NCBI GenBank assembly: GCA_963678065.2
Contig: CAXXVZ010000003.1
Coordinates: forward strand, 1,760,001 to 1,824,000
Direction: 5' to 3'
Length of the DNA: 64,000 nucleotides
Origin: Treponemataceae bacterium
GTDB lineage: Bacteria; Spirochaetota; Spirochaetia; Treponematales; Rectinemataceae
Part shown: positions 9,915 to 19,968 of the stretch, one piece after another
Layout of the letters: every line of letters starts with the position of its first letter
How positions within the stretch are numbered: the first letter of the stretch is position 1
Translations under genes and position numbers: made by a program
Notes under the pieces: generated by a model
Databases searched by the model: none
Told to the model about the DNA's origin: nothing
Seen by the model: only the letters and a program-made list of their open reading frames with translations

Positions 9915-10792
9915 AGAAAAACCAGACTCCCTTCATGCGGATCGTGGACGAGTACCGGGAGAGCCCGGCCGCCATCGCCGCCTTCGCCATCGTCCTCGTC
10001 GTCGCCTTCGTATCGCTGTTCGCGAGCGTGATTTCGCCGCAGGACCCCTACGACCTCTCCAAACTCGATGTCATGGATGGAGTCCTTCCGCCCATGTCGA
10101 AAAACTACGCAGGGGGCAGCTACATCCTCGGCACCGACGAGCAGGGACGGGACATGCTTTCGGCCATATTCTACGGTTTGAGGACGAGTCTCGGCGTCGG
10201 CCTCGTCAGCGCCGTCCTCGCCTTCCTGATCGGGACCAGCCTCGGCCTCCTCGCCGCCTACAAGGGCGGGCGCTTCGACACCCTCCTCATGCGCCTCGTC
10301 GACCTGCAATTGAGTTTCCCCGCGATACTGATAGCCCTCATCCTCCTCGTCGTGCTCGGCCAGGGGGTCGACAAGATCATCATCGCCCTCGTGATCGTGC
10401 AGTGGGCCTACTTCGCCAGGGCCGCGCGGGGGTCGGCGATCTCGGAGCGCGGCAAGGAGTACATGGAGGCCGCGCGCGCCCTCAGGCTGCCGTCGCGGAG
10501 GATCATCTTCCGCCACCTCATGCCCAACGTCATGCCATCCATCATCGTCATCGCCACGACACAGGTCGCAAGGGCCATCACCACGGAAGCCACTCTGAGC
10601 TTTCTCGGGATCGGCCTTCCGATCACGAAGCCCTCCCTGGGACTCCTCATCTCCAACGGTTTCCGCTACCTCCTGTCCGGAAAGTACTGGATCAGTTTCT
10701 ATCCCGGGATCGCGCTGGTCGTGACCATCGTCGCGATAAACATGATGGGCGACAGGCTGCGCGATGTCCTCAATCCGAGGTTGAAGCGATGA
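9911..10792 (+). CDS. Peptide ABC permease, DppC/OppC-like
   Basis: C-terminal part of ORF 7796..10792 from MKKNQTPF; LGTDEQGRD, EYMEAARALR, GDRLRDVLNPR. Confidence 0.92.
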   Translation: MKKNQTPFMRIVDEYRESPAAIAAFAIVLVVAFVSLFASVISPQDPYDLSKLDVMDGVLPPMSKNYAGGSYILGTDEQGRDMLSAIFYGLRTSLGVGLVSAVLAFLIGTSLGLLAAYKGGRFDTLLMRLVDLQLSFPAILIALILLVVLGQGVDKIIIALVIVQWAYFARAARGSAISERGKEYMEAARALRLPSRRIIFRHLMPNVMPSIIVIATTQVARAITTEATLSFLGIGLPITKPSLGLLISNGFRYLLSGKYWISFYPGIALVVTIVAINMMGDRLRDVLNPRLKR

Positions 10793-11826
10793 ACGACACG
10801 ATGAACGACACCAGGAAGGGGCCGGCAGCTCCCGGCGCCGCGGCTGGCGCCGGAACTCCGACGCTCGAGGTGCGAAACCTCTCAACCCATTTCTTCACCA
10901 GGGCCGGTCTCGTCAAAGCCGTGGACGACGTGTCCTTCTCGCTCGGGCCGGGCGAGATCATGGGCCTCGTCGGGGAATCCGGCTCGGGCAAGAGCGTCAC
11001 CGGCTTCTCCATCCTGGGACTCGTCGACGCGCCCGGCAGGATCGTCGGCGGGGACATCATCCTGCGCGGAGAAAACCTCAGGACATGCAAAGAGGAACGA
11101 AGGCGCGAGCTTCGGGGGGCCGTCGTGTCGGCGATATTCCAGGACCCCCTCATGACCCTCAACCCCGTCCTCAGAATCGAGACGCAGATGGTCGAGGCCA
11201 TACAGGCGCACGGGAAGGTGGGCAGGGCCGAGGCGCGCGCGCGCGCCGTCGACGCTCTCGAACGCGTCGGCATCCCATCCGCAGCACAGAGGCTCGGCGC
11301 CTATCCCCACCAGTTCTCAGGCGGCATGCGCCAGCGCGTGTGCATAGCGATCGCCCTCATCAACAATCCGGCCCTCATCATCGCCGACGAGCCGACGACT
11401 GCCCTGGACGTCACGATTCAGGCCCAGATCCTGCACGAGATGAAGAAGCTCTGCGCCGGAACGGGCACCTCCCTCATCTGGATCACCCACGACCTCTCCG
11501 TCGTCGCGGGCCTGGCCGATTCGATCTGCGTCATGTACGCGGGAAAAATCGTGGAGAAGGGATCGGTCGACGAAGTCCTCGACAACCCCTTGCACCCCTA
11601 CACCGAGGGGCTTCTCAAGTCCGTCCCCTCGGGAACGAAGCGCGGGGAAGAACTCTTCCAGATTCCGGGCACCACGCCCTCCCTTATAGACCCGGGCGAG
11701 GGATGCGCCTTCCGCGATCGCTGCTCTTACGCCGACGGACAGTGCGCGGCCACACCCACGGAAACCTTCCGGGGCGGAAGGGCATTCCGCTGTTTCCATC
11801 CCTGCTCGCGAGAGGTCAAGCCGTGA
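10789..11826 (+). CDS. Peptide ABC ATPase, DppD/OppD-like
   Basis: [25 protein letters not shown]-terminal Cys cluster. Confidence 0.93.
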   Translation: MNDTMNDTRKGPAAPGAAAGAGTPTLEVRNLSTHFFTRAGLVKAVDDVSFSLGPGEIMGLVGESGSGKSVTGFSILGLVDAPGRIVGGDIILRGENLRTCKEERRRELRGAVVSAIFQDPLMTLNPVLRIETQMVEAIQAHGKVGRAEARARAVDALERVGIPSAAQRLGAYPHQFSGGMRQRVCIAIALINNPALIIADEPTTALDVTIQAQILHEMKKLCAGTGTSLIWITHDLSVVAGLADSICVMYAGKIVEKGSVDEVLDNPLHPYTEGLLKSVPSGTKRGEELFQIPGTTPSLIDPGEGCAFRDRCSYADGQCAATPTETFRGGRAFRCFHPCSREVKP

Positions 11827-12827
11827 ACGAGGCGCCAGTCATACTCCAGGTCGAGGGCCTGTCCAAGCATTTCGCCGGCCGCGTCGACCTTTCCATGAAA
11901 ATCGCCAGAGTCCTGGGCGCCAACCCGAAACCGACAACCGTCCGCGCAGTGGACAGTGTCGGATTCTCCGTGCGCAGGGGAGAGGTCGTGGGGCTCGTCG
12001 GGGAGTCGGGATGCGGGAAGTCCACCCTGGGAAGGATGGTCGCGGGCCTCATCCAGCCGACGGCCGGCACGGTCCTGTACCGCGGCGAAGATCCCTTCGG
12101 CGCGGCGAACCGGGCCGACCGCAAGAAGGCCCTGCGCATCCAGATGATCTTCCAGGACCCCTTCGCCTCGCTCAATCCGCGGATGCGCATCCGCGACATC
12201 ATAGGCGAGGCGCCGGCGGTCCACGGCCTCGTGGGCGCGGCCGGCCTCGACTCCCATGTCGACGAGGTGATGCGGCGCTGCGGCCTCGATCCCGCCTACA
12301 AGACGCGCTATCCTCACCAGTTCTCGGGCGGCCAGAGGCAGCGCGTCGGGATCGCCCGGGCCCTCGCCGTGAATCCCGAGTTCATCGTCGCCGACGAGGC
12401 GGTCGCCTCCCTCGACGTGTCCATCCAGGCCCAGATTCTCAACCTCTTCATGAAGCTCCGGGAGGAACTCTCGCTCAGCTACCTCTTCGTGAGCCACTCC
12501 ATCGGCGTCGTCAGGCACATCTCCGACCGCGTCCTCGTGATGTACCTCGGTCGCCTCGTCGAGGAGGCTCAGGCGGACGAGCTCTTCGCCTCGCCCAACC
12601 ACCCCTACACGAGCGCCCTCCTCTGCGAGGTGCCCCGGATCAAGGACAGGAAGGTCGACTACAACCCCATCCGCGGCGAAATTCCCTCGCCCATGAATCC
12701 CCCGCGAGGCTGTCACTTCCACCCGCGCTGCCCCCACGCCATGGACCGCTGCCGGGTCGAGGTGCCACAGCTGCGGGAAATCGCTCCCGGCAGGCGCTCG
12801 GCCTGCCACCTCAACGCTGCCCTTTAG
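11823..12827 (+). CDS. Peptide ABC ATPase, DppF/OppF-like
   Basis: GTG start; GESGCGKS, FSGGQRQR, GCHFHPRCP. Confidence 0.93.
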   Translation: MNEAPVILQVEGLSKHFAGRVDLSMKIARVLGANPKPTTVRAVDSVGFSVRRGEVVGLVGESGCGKSTLGRMVAGLIQPTAGTVLYRGEDPFGAANRADRKKALRIQMIFQDPFASLNPRMRIRDIIGEAPAVHGLVGAAGLDSHVDEVMRRCGLDPAYKTRYPHQFSGGQRQRVGIARALAVNPEFIVADEAVASLDVSIQAQILNLFMKLREELSLSYLFVSHSIGVVRHISDRVLVMYLGRLVEEAQADELFASPNHPYTSALLCEVPRIKDRKVDYNPIRGEIPSPMNPPRGCHFHPRCPHAMDRCRVEVPQLREIAPGRRSACHLNAAL

Positions 12828-12875
12828 GATCGGGACGATCGATCGGCGATCGCTCACCCGACGAAGGAGAAGGTC

Positions 12876-14723
12876 ATGTACGAAACCGTGCTGGAATCCG
12901 ATGTCATGATCCCGATGAGGGATGGCGTCCGCCTCGCGACGGACATATATCGTCCCGCACATGGCGGAAAACCCGCCCCTGGCGCCTTCCCCGCCATCCT
13001 CGAGCGCACGCCCTACGACAAGACGACTCCCTCGCGCTCGGAGCGCAGTGTGGCCGATCCTGTTCCCGCCTCACGCCGCGAGGTCGCGGAATACTTCGTG
13101 GCCAGGGGCTATGTCTTCGTCTACCAGGATTGCCGCGGCCGCTACAAGTCCGAAGGCTGTTTCACGAAATACCTGTCGGAAGGCGAAGATGGCTACGACA
13201 CCATGTCCTGGATCGTGAAACAGCCCTGGTGCGAGGGGAAAATCGGTACGATGGGGCTGTCCTACGCCGCCCACACACAGGTCGCCGCAGCCTGCCTCGC
13301 CCCCCCGGGGCTCGCCGCGATGTTCGTCGACTCGGGCGGCTTCTCCAACGCCTACCAGGGAGGCATCCGCCAGGGAGGCGCATTCGAGCTGAAGCAGGCC
13401 ACCTGGGCCTACAGACAGGCCCTCCAGAGCAAGGTGGCGACCGAGAATCCGACAGCCGCGGCCGCCCTCGAGTCGGAAGACATCCGCGCGTGGTTCACCA
13501 GGATGCCCTGGAAGCGGGGCCATTCCCCCCTCCGCTGGGTCCCCGAATACGAGGACTACCTCTTCGACCAGTGGTCGCGCGGCCGCTTCGACGAATTCTG
13601 GAAACGGCTCGGGATCTACGCCGAAGGGTACTACGATTCCTTTGCCGACCTTCCCATGGTCCACATGTCGAGCTGGTACGATCCCTATCCGCGCACGGCG
13701 ACGACGAATTACCGCGGCCTCTCGGACCGGAAGCGCGGGCCCGTCTACCTGATCCTCGGACCCTGGACGCACGGCGACCGCTACCTGCAGTATGCGGGCG
13801 ATGTCGATTTCGGCCCGGCGGCCACCCTCGAAGGCAACATCGCGGAAAACTTCCTCTCTCTGCGCCTCGCGTTCTTCGACCGGTGGCTCAAGGGAAAGGC
13901 GGAACAGGGCGACGGGCCGAGGGTCCGGTACTTCCGCATGGGAGGCGGTCCGGGAACGAAAAACCGGGACGGCAGGCTCGAGCACGGCGGCGTCTGGAAA
14001 ACGGCGACCGACTGGCCCATTCCCGGCTCGCGCCCGCTCGAACTCTTCCTCCGCGCCGACGGGAGCCTCGGCGGATCGCCGCCCGCGGAGCAAGAAGCCG
14101 CCCTCTCCTGGCGCTACGACCCGGAACACCCCGTGCCATCCATCGGCGGCTCGATAACCTCGGGCGAACCCGTCATGCGCGGCGGGGCCTTCGATCAGGT
14201 CGAGTCAGATTCAGTCTTCGGCTGTTCCCCTCCCTTCCTGCCGCTCTCGTCGCGGAACGATATCCTCGTGTTCCAGACCCCTCCGCTCGACGCGGACATA
14301 GAGGTGACCGGCCCCGTCTTTGCCAGACTCTTCGTGTCGAGCGACTGTCCCGACACCGACTTCACGATCAAGCTGATCGATGTCCGCCCTCCCGACGCCG
14401 GGTATCCGCGCGGTTTCGCCATGAATCTCTGCGACGGCATTCTCCGGGCGCGCTACCGCGATTCCTGGGAAGAACCGCGCGCGATGGAGCCAGGCCGCGT
14501 GTACGAGATCCTCGTCGAAGCCTTCCCCACCTCCAACCTCTTCTGCGCAGGGCACCGTATCCGGCTCGACATATCGAGTTCGAACTTCCCGCACTTCGAC
14601 ATCAACCCGAACACGGGGGCGCCCGAGGGATCTGCCGGACCCTTCCAGACGGCGGTGAACACCCTTCATCTCGACGCGACGCGGCCCTCGAGGCTCATCC
14701 TGACAGAGGTTCCTCCGGCCTGA
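12876..14723 (+). CDS. CocE/NonD family hydrolase (peptidase S15-like)
   Basis: MRDGVRLATDIYRP, RTPY, QDCRGRYKSEG, GLSY nucleophile, GPWTH, GHRIRLDISSSNFP. Confidence 0.92.
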   Translation: MYETVLESDVMIPMRDGVRLATDIYRPAHGGKPAPGAFPAILERTPYDKTTPSRSERSVADPVPASRREVAEYFVARGYVFVYQDCRGRYKSEGCFTKYLSEGEDGYDTMSWIVKQPWCEGKIGTMGLSYAAHTQVAAACLAPPGLAAMFVDSGGFSNAYQGGIRQGGAFELKQATWAYRQALQSKVATENPTAAAALESEDIRAWFTRMPWKRGHSPLRWVPEYEDYLFDQWSRGRFDEFWKRLGIYAEGYYDSFADLPMVHMSSWYDPYPRTATTNYRGLSDRKRGPVYLILGPWTHGDRYLQYAGDVDFGPAATLEGNIAENFLSLRLAFFDRWLKGKAEQGDGPRVRYFRMGGGPGTKNRDGRLEHGGVWKTATDWPIPGSRPLELFLRADGSLGGSPPAEQEAALSWRYDPEHPVPSIGGSITSGEPVMRGGAFDQVESDSVFGCSPPFLPLSSRNDILVFQTPPLDADIEVTGPVFARLFVSSDCPDTDFTIKLIDVRPPDAGYPRGFAMNLCDGILRARYRDSWEEPRAMEPGRVYEILVEAFPTSNLFCAGHRIRLDISSSNFPHFDINPNTGAPEGSAGPFQTAVNTLHLDATRPSRLILTEVPPA

Positions 14724-14777
14724 GTTTCATTTTCCGGGTTTTTTGTATTTTTATCGATATTTTTAGTTACGAGAGGC

Positions 14778-14831
14778 TTGACTCCTGAAAATGCGCTGAT
14801 ATCCTGTTGATATATCAGCGCATTTTTCAGG
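14778..14831 (+). promoter_or_regulatory. Putative sigma70 promoter overlapped by a long inverted repeat, upstream of DUF3798
   Basis: TTGACT-16-TATCCT; perfect 15-bp arms AAAATGCGCTGATAT (14788-14802) and ATATCAGCGCATTTT (14812-14826). Confidence 0.6.
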
Positions 14832-14840
14832 AGGAAATCT

Positions 14841-16052
14841 ATGAATAGTCCACGGAAAGCGATCGCCTTCGTGCTCGCGGTCTCGTTCATGCTGGCGGGC
14901 ATGTCTGCATTCGCCCAGAACAAGTATCACATCGGCGTCTGCACCGAGACAGTCTCCCAGGCGGAAGACGATCTGCGCGGAGCCGAGCAGCTCATCAAGG
15001 AGTACGGATCGGTCCAGAACGGCGGCATCATCCAGCACATCACCTATCCGGACGACTTCATGTCGCAGCAGGAAACCGTCATCTCCAACCTCGTCGCACT
15101 CTCCGACGATCCTCTCATGAAAGCCATCGTCACCTGCAACGCCCTCCCCGGTGTCTCCGAAGCCTACAAGCGCATCAGGGCGAAACGTCCCGACATCATC
15201 CTCCTGGCCGCCCTCCCCGCCGAAGATCCCCTCGTCATCCAGAAAGCCGCCGACCTCGCCGTAGACCTCGACTTCGTGTCCCGCGGCTACACCATCGTCT
15301 GGGGCGCCAAGCAGATGGGAGCCAAGACCTTCGTCCACATCTCCTTCCCCCGCCACATGTCTTACGAGAGCCTCGGTCGCCGCCGCGCAATCATGGAACA
15401 GGCGTGCAAGGATCTGGGCATCAGATACGCCTTCGAAACCGCGCCGGACCCCACCTCCGACGTCGGCGTCGCGGGATCCCAGCAGTTCATTCTCGAGAAG
15501 GTCCCCCAGTGGCTGCAGAAATACGGCCCTAACGGCGAAAAAGTCGCACTCTTCTGCACGAACGACGCGCAGACCGAGCCTCTCATCAAGCAGATCGTGG
15601 CATCCAAGAACGGCGTTTTCGTCGAGCCCGACACGGCCAGCCCCCTCATGGGTTTCCCCGCTGCCCTCGGTCTCGACCTCACGGTCGAAAAAGGCAATTT
15701 CCCCGCCATCATGAAGTCGATCGAGAAGGCCGTCGTGGCGAAGGGCGCTTCCGGCCGCCTCGGGACCTGGTCCTACAGCACGGGATTCTCCCTCACCGCG
15801 GGCATGGGCGAACTCGCCAAGCGTGTTCTTGACGGCAAGGCCAAGCTGTCCAGCCAGAAAGACATCTACGAGGCCATCGGCAAGTACACGCCCGGCGCCA
15901 AGTGGTCAGGCGCCTACTACACCGACATGGGAACCGGCGTCCGCGCCAAGAACGAGCTCCTTCTCTACATGGACACCTATGTGTTCGGGAAAGGCTACCT
16001 CGGCGCCACCGCCCTCGATATTCCTGAAAAATATTACCTGATCAAGAAATAA
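14841..16052 (+). CDS. DUF3798 family periplasmic binding protein-like
   Basis: Signal peptide; FVHISFPRH, APDPTSDVGVAG, CTNDA motifs. Confidence 0.85.
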   Translation: MNSPRKAIAFVLAVSFMLAGMSAFAQNKYHIGVCTETVSQAEDDLRGAEQLIKEYGSVQNGGIIQHITYPDDFMSQQETVISNLVALSDDPLMKAIVTCNALPGVSEAYKRIRAKRPDIILLAALPAEDPLVIQKAADLAVDLDFVSRGYTIVWGAKQMGAKTFVHISFPRHMSYESLGRRRAIMEQACKDLGIRYAFETAPDPTSDVGVAGSQQFILEKVPQWLQKYGPNGEKVALFCTNDAQTEPLIKQIVASKNGVFVEPDTASPLMGFPAALGLDLTVEKGNFPAIMKSIEKAVVAKGASGRLGTWSYSTGFSLTAGMGELAKRVLDGKAKLSSQKDIYEAIGKYTPGAKWSGAYYTDMGTGVRAKNELLLYMDTYVFGKGYLGATALDIPEKYYLIKK

Positions 16053-16061
16053 GCGCTCTTC

Positions 16062-16104
16062 CCGTCAGGGCGGCGCCTGCTCTCGCGCAGGCGCCGCCTG
16101 ACGG
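16062..16104 (+). terminator. GC-rich hairpin after DUF3798
   Basis: CCGTCAGGGCGGCGCCTGC...GCAGGCGCCGCCTGACGG; no clear U-tract. Confidence 0.45.
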
Positions 16105-16198
16105 CCGCGCTTCCCGGGCCGACGAGAGCAAAAAAAGGCGCGGTTTTTCTTTTCCCGTGCTATGATCGCCCCAGTCTTCAGCCTTCAGCTTTTTTGCG

Positions 16199-16954
16199 AT
16201 GGAGTGCAACATGCCACGGGAGACCTGTCCCCGCTGCAGGCGGCCAGTATCCAATTGTCTCTGCCCCGCCCTGCCGCCGATGGAGACTGCGACGCGCATA
16301 GTCCTTCTCATGCACCCCAAAGAGTGGCGGCGCGAGAAGTGCGCGACAGGCAGACTCGCCTGCCTCAATCTCGCCAACAGCGAGATCATTCCCGGCGTCT
16401 CCTTCGAGGACGATGCGCGGGTGCGGGCGCTGACCGGAAATCCCGCCAATTTTCCCGTCCTCCTCTATCCTGGAGGCGAAGCGGTCGTTCTGGACTCCCG
16501 CCCTGCCGCGAGCTTGGAAACTGGAGCGCCGGCTGATCCGGATTCGGCCAGGGACGCCGGGGGCGACCGGGCATTCGCCGATATGGGGAACAGAAGGCTC
16601 GTCGTCTTCCTCTTCGATGCCACCTGGTCCTGTTCGCGGACGATGGCGAAGGCCAATCCCTCCCTGCTCGCCCTTCCGCGCGTCATGTTCGCGCCGAAGG
16701 AGAAGAGCCGTTTCCGGATCAAGCGCCAGCCCGCGGACTGGTGCCTGTCGACCCTCGAGGCGATACACGAGCTTCTGTGCGCCCTCGAGGTCGCCGGGCT
16801 CGACTCCTACCCTGACAAAGCGCGTCTTCTCGATGTCTTTGCCGCGATGCAGGACTTTCAGATCGAGTGCTCGGCGAAGGCGGGGCGCCCCCGTTTCCTG
16901 TCCCGGGAAAGCTGGTCCGGCCCCTCCGGTGAGGGGCGCGACACGAGTCCTTAA
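16199..16954 (+). CDS. DTW-domain protein (tRNA-uridine aminocarboxypropyltransferase-like)
   Basis: CxxC...CxC, HPKE, TG, LYP, DATW and LSTLEA motifs; start may be 16211. Confidence 0.85.
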   Translation: MECNMPRETCPRCRRPVSNCLCPALPPMETATRIVLLMHPKEWRREKCATGRLACLNLANSEIIPGVSFEDDARVRALTGNPANFPVLLYPGGEAVVLDSRPAASLETGAPADPDSARDAGGDRAFADMGNRRLVVFLFDATWSCSRTMAKANPSLLALPRVMFAPKEKSRFRIKRQPADWCLSTLEAIHELLCALEVAGLDSYPDKARLLDVFAAMQDFQIECSAKAGRPRFLSRESWSGPSGEGRDTSP

Positions 16955-17008
16955 GCCTTGAGTCCTGATGAGAGAGCGGTTGCTGCGGGCTCCGACGCGC
17001 CGGTTCTC

Positions 17009-17491
17009 TCAGCGCCCCTCGGGATTTCCGCTCCGGTACTCTCCGGCTTTCGGAATTTTCGCGAGTGTGTCCCTCACGACCCCGATCGCCCTGGCGAAGC
17101 GCTCGAGCTCGGGTTCGTCCAGACAGGAAAGCTGTGACGAAAGGAAGGCGACGACAGCTTTGCGGCGGCTTTCGGTGAAGGCGCGGCCTTTCTCGGTGAG
17201 AGCAATCATCACGCGCCTCAGATCGGACTCGTCGTGAATCCGCTCGACGAGTCCGAGGTCCTTCAGGCGACGGACCAAGGGTGTGACATTGGGAGGGGAG
17301 ACGGTCAGGATCGACGCGATGTCGGATACCGCGAGCTTCTTCTCCTCCACGAGCGCGGAGAGAAGACGGTGATGGGAGGGCGCGAGGACTTCGTCGCCCT
17401 CGATGAGGTCGTTCCTGACCAGCTTCTTTATGTAGAGAGGAAAAAAATCCAGAAGATTCCCGGCGAGTTCCTCGATCAGTCTGTCTTTCAT
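17009..17491 (-). CDS. MarR family regulator
   Basis: VTPLVRRLKDLGLVER...DLRRVMIALTEKG; divergent from MATE; start MKDRL at 17491. Confidence 0.9.
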   Translation of the reverse strand: MKDRLIEELAGNLLDFFPLYIKKLVRNDLIEGDEVLAPSHHRLLSALVEEKKLAVSDIASILTVSPPNVTPLVRRLKDLGLVERIHDESDLRRVMIALTEKGRAFTESRRKAVVAFLSSQLSCLDEPELERFARAIGVVRDTLAKIPKAGEYRSGNPEGR

Positions 17492-17625
17492 GCCTTCCCC
17501 GCTTGACCGGATACATATTATTATGTGATCATAATTGTTATGTGTCAATAATATTCTTTCGACACAGTGAACGATCGATACAGTGACAGGTTCTGCCCCT
17601 CATGCCGCGGGACCGGGGAGTATTC

Positions 17626-18975
17626 ATGCGGAGCGCAGCCGGCAGCGACAGACTCGGCACGGAAAAAATCGGAAAACTGCTCTCGGGACTTGCCATTCCG
17701 GCCATCGCGGGCCTTCTGGTGAACAGCCTGTACAATATCGTCGATACGATCTACGTCGGGCAGGGAGTCGGAGTACTCGCGATCGGCGGTCTCGCCATCG
17801 CTTTCCCCATCCAGATGTTCATCCTGGGGCTTTCCCAGCTCGCGGGCATCGGCGCGGCTTCCTCTGTGTCCCGGCGCCTCGGCGCCGGAGAGACGGAGCA
17901 GGCGGAACGCATCGCCGGCAACGGTCTCTTCCTCGCGGGGGTCATGAGCCTGGCCTTCGCGGCGGCGGGATTGCTCTTCATGGAGCCCCTCCTGCTTCTC
18001 TTCGGAGCGACGGACAACCTCATGGGGTATGCCTCCGAGTACACGAGAATCATACTCCTCGGAGCTGTCTTCAACGCCGTCAGCCTCGCGGCGGCCAATC
18101 TCCTCCAGGCCGAGGGAAGGGCCAAGTCGGCGATGTTCTCCACCGTGATCGGCGCCGTCCTCAACATCGGGCTCGATCCCCTCTTCATCTTCGTGTTCGG
18201 GATGGGTGTCGCCGGGGCGGCCTGGGCGACGATCATCTCCCAGATGGTATCCTTCATCTATGTGACCATACTCCTCGTGAGGAGCAGAAAAGGGCTGAAA
18301 ATCAGCCTCCACCACCTCATCCCCGATATCGCGATCATCCGCGATATCCTCGCCGTCGGATTTTCGGCCTTCCTGCGGTCGATAACGAGCACCGTGTTCT
18401 CGATCGTCGTCAACAACTCGCTCAGGAACTACGGCGGAGATTCGGCCATCACTATTTTCGGCATCGTGAACAGGGTCGTCGGCTTCCTCTTCCTGCCCGC
18501 GCTCGGCGTGGGCCAGGGGCTGCAGCCCGTGGCTGGGTACAACTACGGCGCGGGCAGACGCGGACGCGTCAGGAGCGCCGTCCTCCTCTCGATCGTCGCG
18601 GCGACGACGATCACCAGCATCGGCTGGCTCGCGGCCCAGCTCGCTCCGCAGATCATCATCAGGGCATTCACCTCCGACGCGGACATCATCAGGGAAGGAT
18701 CGCGGGTCCTCAGAATCGTCTTTTTGCTGGCTCCCCTCATCGGAGTGCAGATGGTGGCCGGCTCCCTTTTTCAGTCCCTCGGCAAGGCCGTTCCGGCTCT
18801 CGTCGTCTCCATGCTGAGGCAGTTCATCATTCTGACGCCTCTCATCCTGATTCTTCCGCTGCTGGCCGGACTCGGACTCGAAGGTGTCTGGCTCGCCTTC
18901 CCCTTCGCCGACGGGATCGCCGCCATTATCGTCGTCGTTCTTCTCGCACAGGAACTGCGAAGACTCGGCCGCTGA
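17626..18975 (+). CDS. MATE efflux transporter (MepA-like)
   Basis: YNIVDTIYVG, NIGLDPLFIF, GVAGAAWAT, QPVAGYNYGA. Confidence 0.93.
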   Translation: MRSAAGSDRLGTEKIGKLLSGLAIPAIAGLLVNSLYNIVDTIYVGQGVGVLAIGGLAIAFPIQMFILGLSQLAGIGAASSVSRRLGAGETEQAERIAGNGLFLAGVMSLAFAAAGLLFMEPLLLLFGATDNLMGYASEYTRIILLGAVFNAVSLAAANLLQAEGRAKSAMFSTVIGAVLNIGLDPLFIFVFGMGVAGAAWATIISQMVSFIYVTILLVRSRKGLKISLHHLIPDIAIIRDILAVGFSAFLRSITSTVFSIVVNNSLRNYGGDSAITIFGIVNRVVGFLFLPALGVGQGLQPVAGYNYGAGRRGRVRSAVLLSIVAATTITSIGWLAAQLAPQIIIRAFTSDADIIREGSRVLRIVFLLAPLIGVQMVAGSLFQSLGKAVPALVVSMLRQFIILTPLILILPLLAGLGLEGVWLAFPFADGIAAIIVVVLLAQELRRLGR

Positions 18976-19968
18976 CTAGCCCTCGCGCGCCAGGCCGCAA
19001 ACAGCCTCGAAAGAGGCTGCGGGCACCGCTCCGGCGACGGTCCCGGGGTGCCGCAGGATGTCGCACAGATAGTCGCCTTCCGTGAAACCGAGCCGCCGGT
19101 AAATCATCTCCGCGTAGCTGTCGACCGGTTCGAGTGCGAAGAGCCCGATGCCCCGCGCAACGAGTCTCTCCATGGACCGCAGAAGGAGGGTTCTGCACAG
19201 CCCCTGCCGCCTGTACATGGGTATCGTCTGCACGTTCTCGACGAGGGCCTCGCGCCCCGCGATGATGTAAAGCACGGATGCGGCGAGCCTGCCCTCTATC
19301 CTGAGCGCGAAGCACTTCGCCGTGTCCATCCTGACGAGATTCCGGTGCAGGCGACTCTGGTTGCAAAGGAAATCCATGTTCACACCTGGTTTGGGGTCGC
19401 TTTCCTGCGTTTCGATGGCGATCGTGAGAAGTTCCTCCATGCCGGCGTCGTCGAGCTCTTCGGGCAGAAGCTCCGGGCGAGGGACGGACGACGCCCTCCA
19501 CCCCGTGGAGGAAACACGGAAGACCATGGAGCGAGTGAGGTCCAGGTCGTACCCGGCTTCCCGGAAATCCTCGACCGGCCCGGGATTGCCGTCGGGCGTA
19601 TCGACGATGAAGAGCCTGTGGCCGCATTCCGGGCCGAACGCGCCCGCGAAGCGGGATTCCCAGAGCGGAAGCGAGCCGGGCTCGAGCCTGTCGCGCACGA
19701 GGATGTAGTTGCCGAACCAGAAGGTCGGACTCTCGGGAGTCCGGACGACGAGGTAGCCGGGGCACTCCTCTATGGACCCGCGCGCTGCCTGCCGCTGGAG
19801 GGCGAGTCTGTTGCACAAGGTTCTGATGCCGGGAGGCACCGAGGACGCGAAGGTCGCGGGGAAGGAATCCGTCGTAGTGTGCGAGGCCGGCGCCGCGAGA
19901 GGCGCCGCAAGAGACGCCGCGTCCGCCGCCGCGATCCCCGTTCCGGAGAATTCGGGACTGTCCGTCAT
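18976..19968 (-). CDS. GNAT family N-acetyltransferase
   Basis: VQTIPMYRRQGLC acetyl-CoA motif, IYRRLGF; N-terminal PTFWFGN. Confidence 0.8.
   Translation of the reverse strand: MTDSPEFSGTGIAAADAASLAAPLAAPASHTTTDSFPATFASSVPPGIRTLCNRLALQRQAARGSIEECPGYLVVRTPESPTFWFGNYILVRDRLEPGSLPLWESRFAGAFGPECGHRLFIVDTPDGNPGPVEDFREAGYDLDLTRSMVFRVSSTGWRASSVPRPELLPEELDDAGMEELLTIAIETQESDPKPGVNMDFLCNQSRLHRNLVRMDTAKCFALRIEGRLAASVLYIIAGREALVENVQTIPMYRRQGLCRTLLLRSMERLVARGIGLFALEPVDSYAEMIYRRLGFTEGDYLCDILRHPGTVAGAVPAASFEAVCGLAREG

Noticed and set aside
12011..14788. 925-aa ORF overlapping dppF and cocE
   Set aside because: Off-frame artefact of high GC, with no recognisable motifs.
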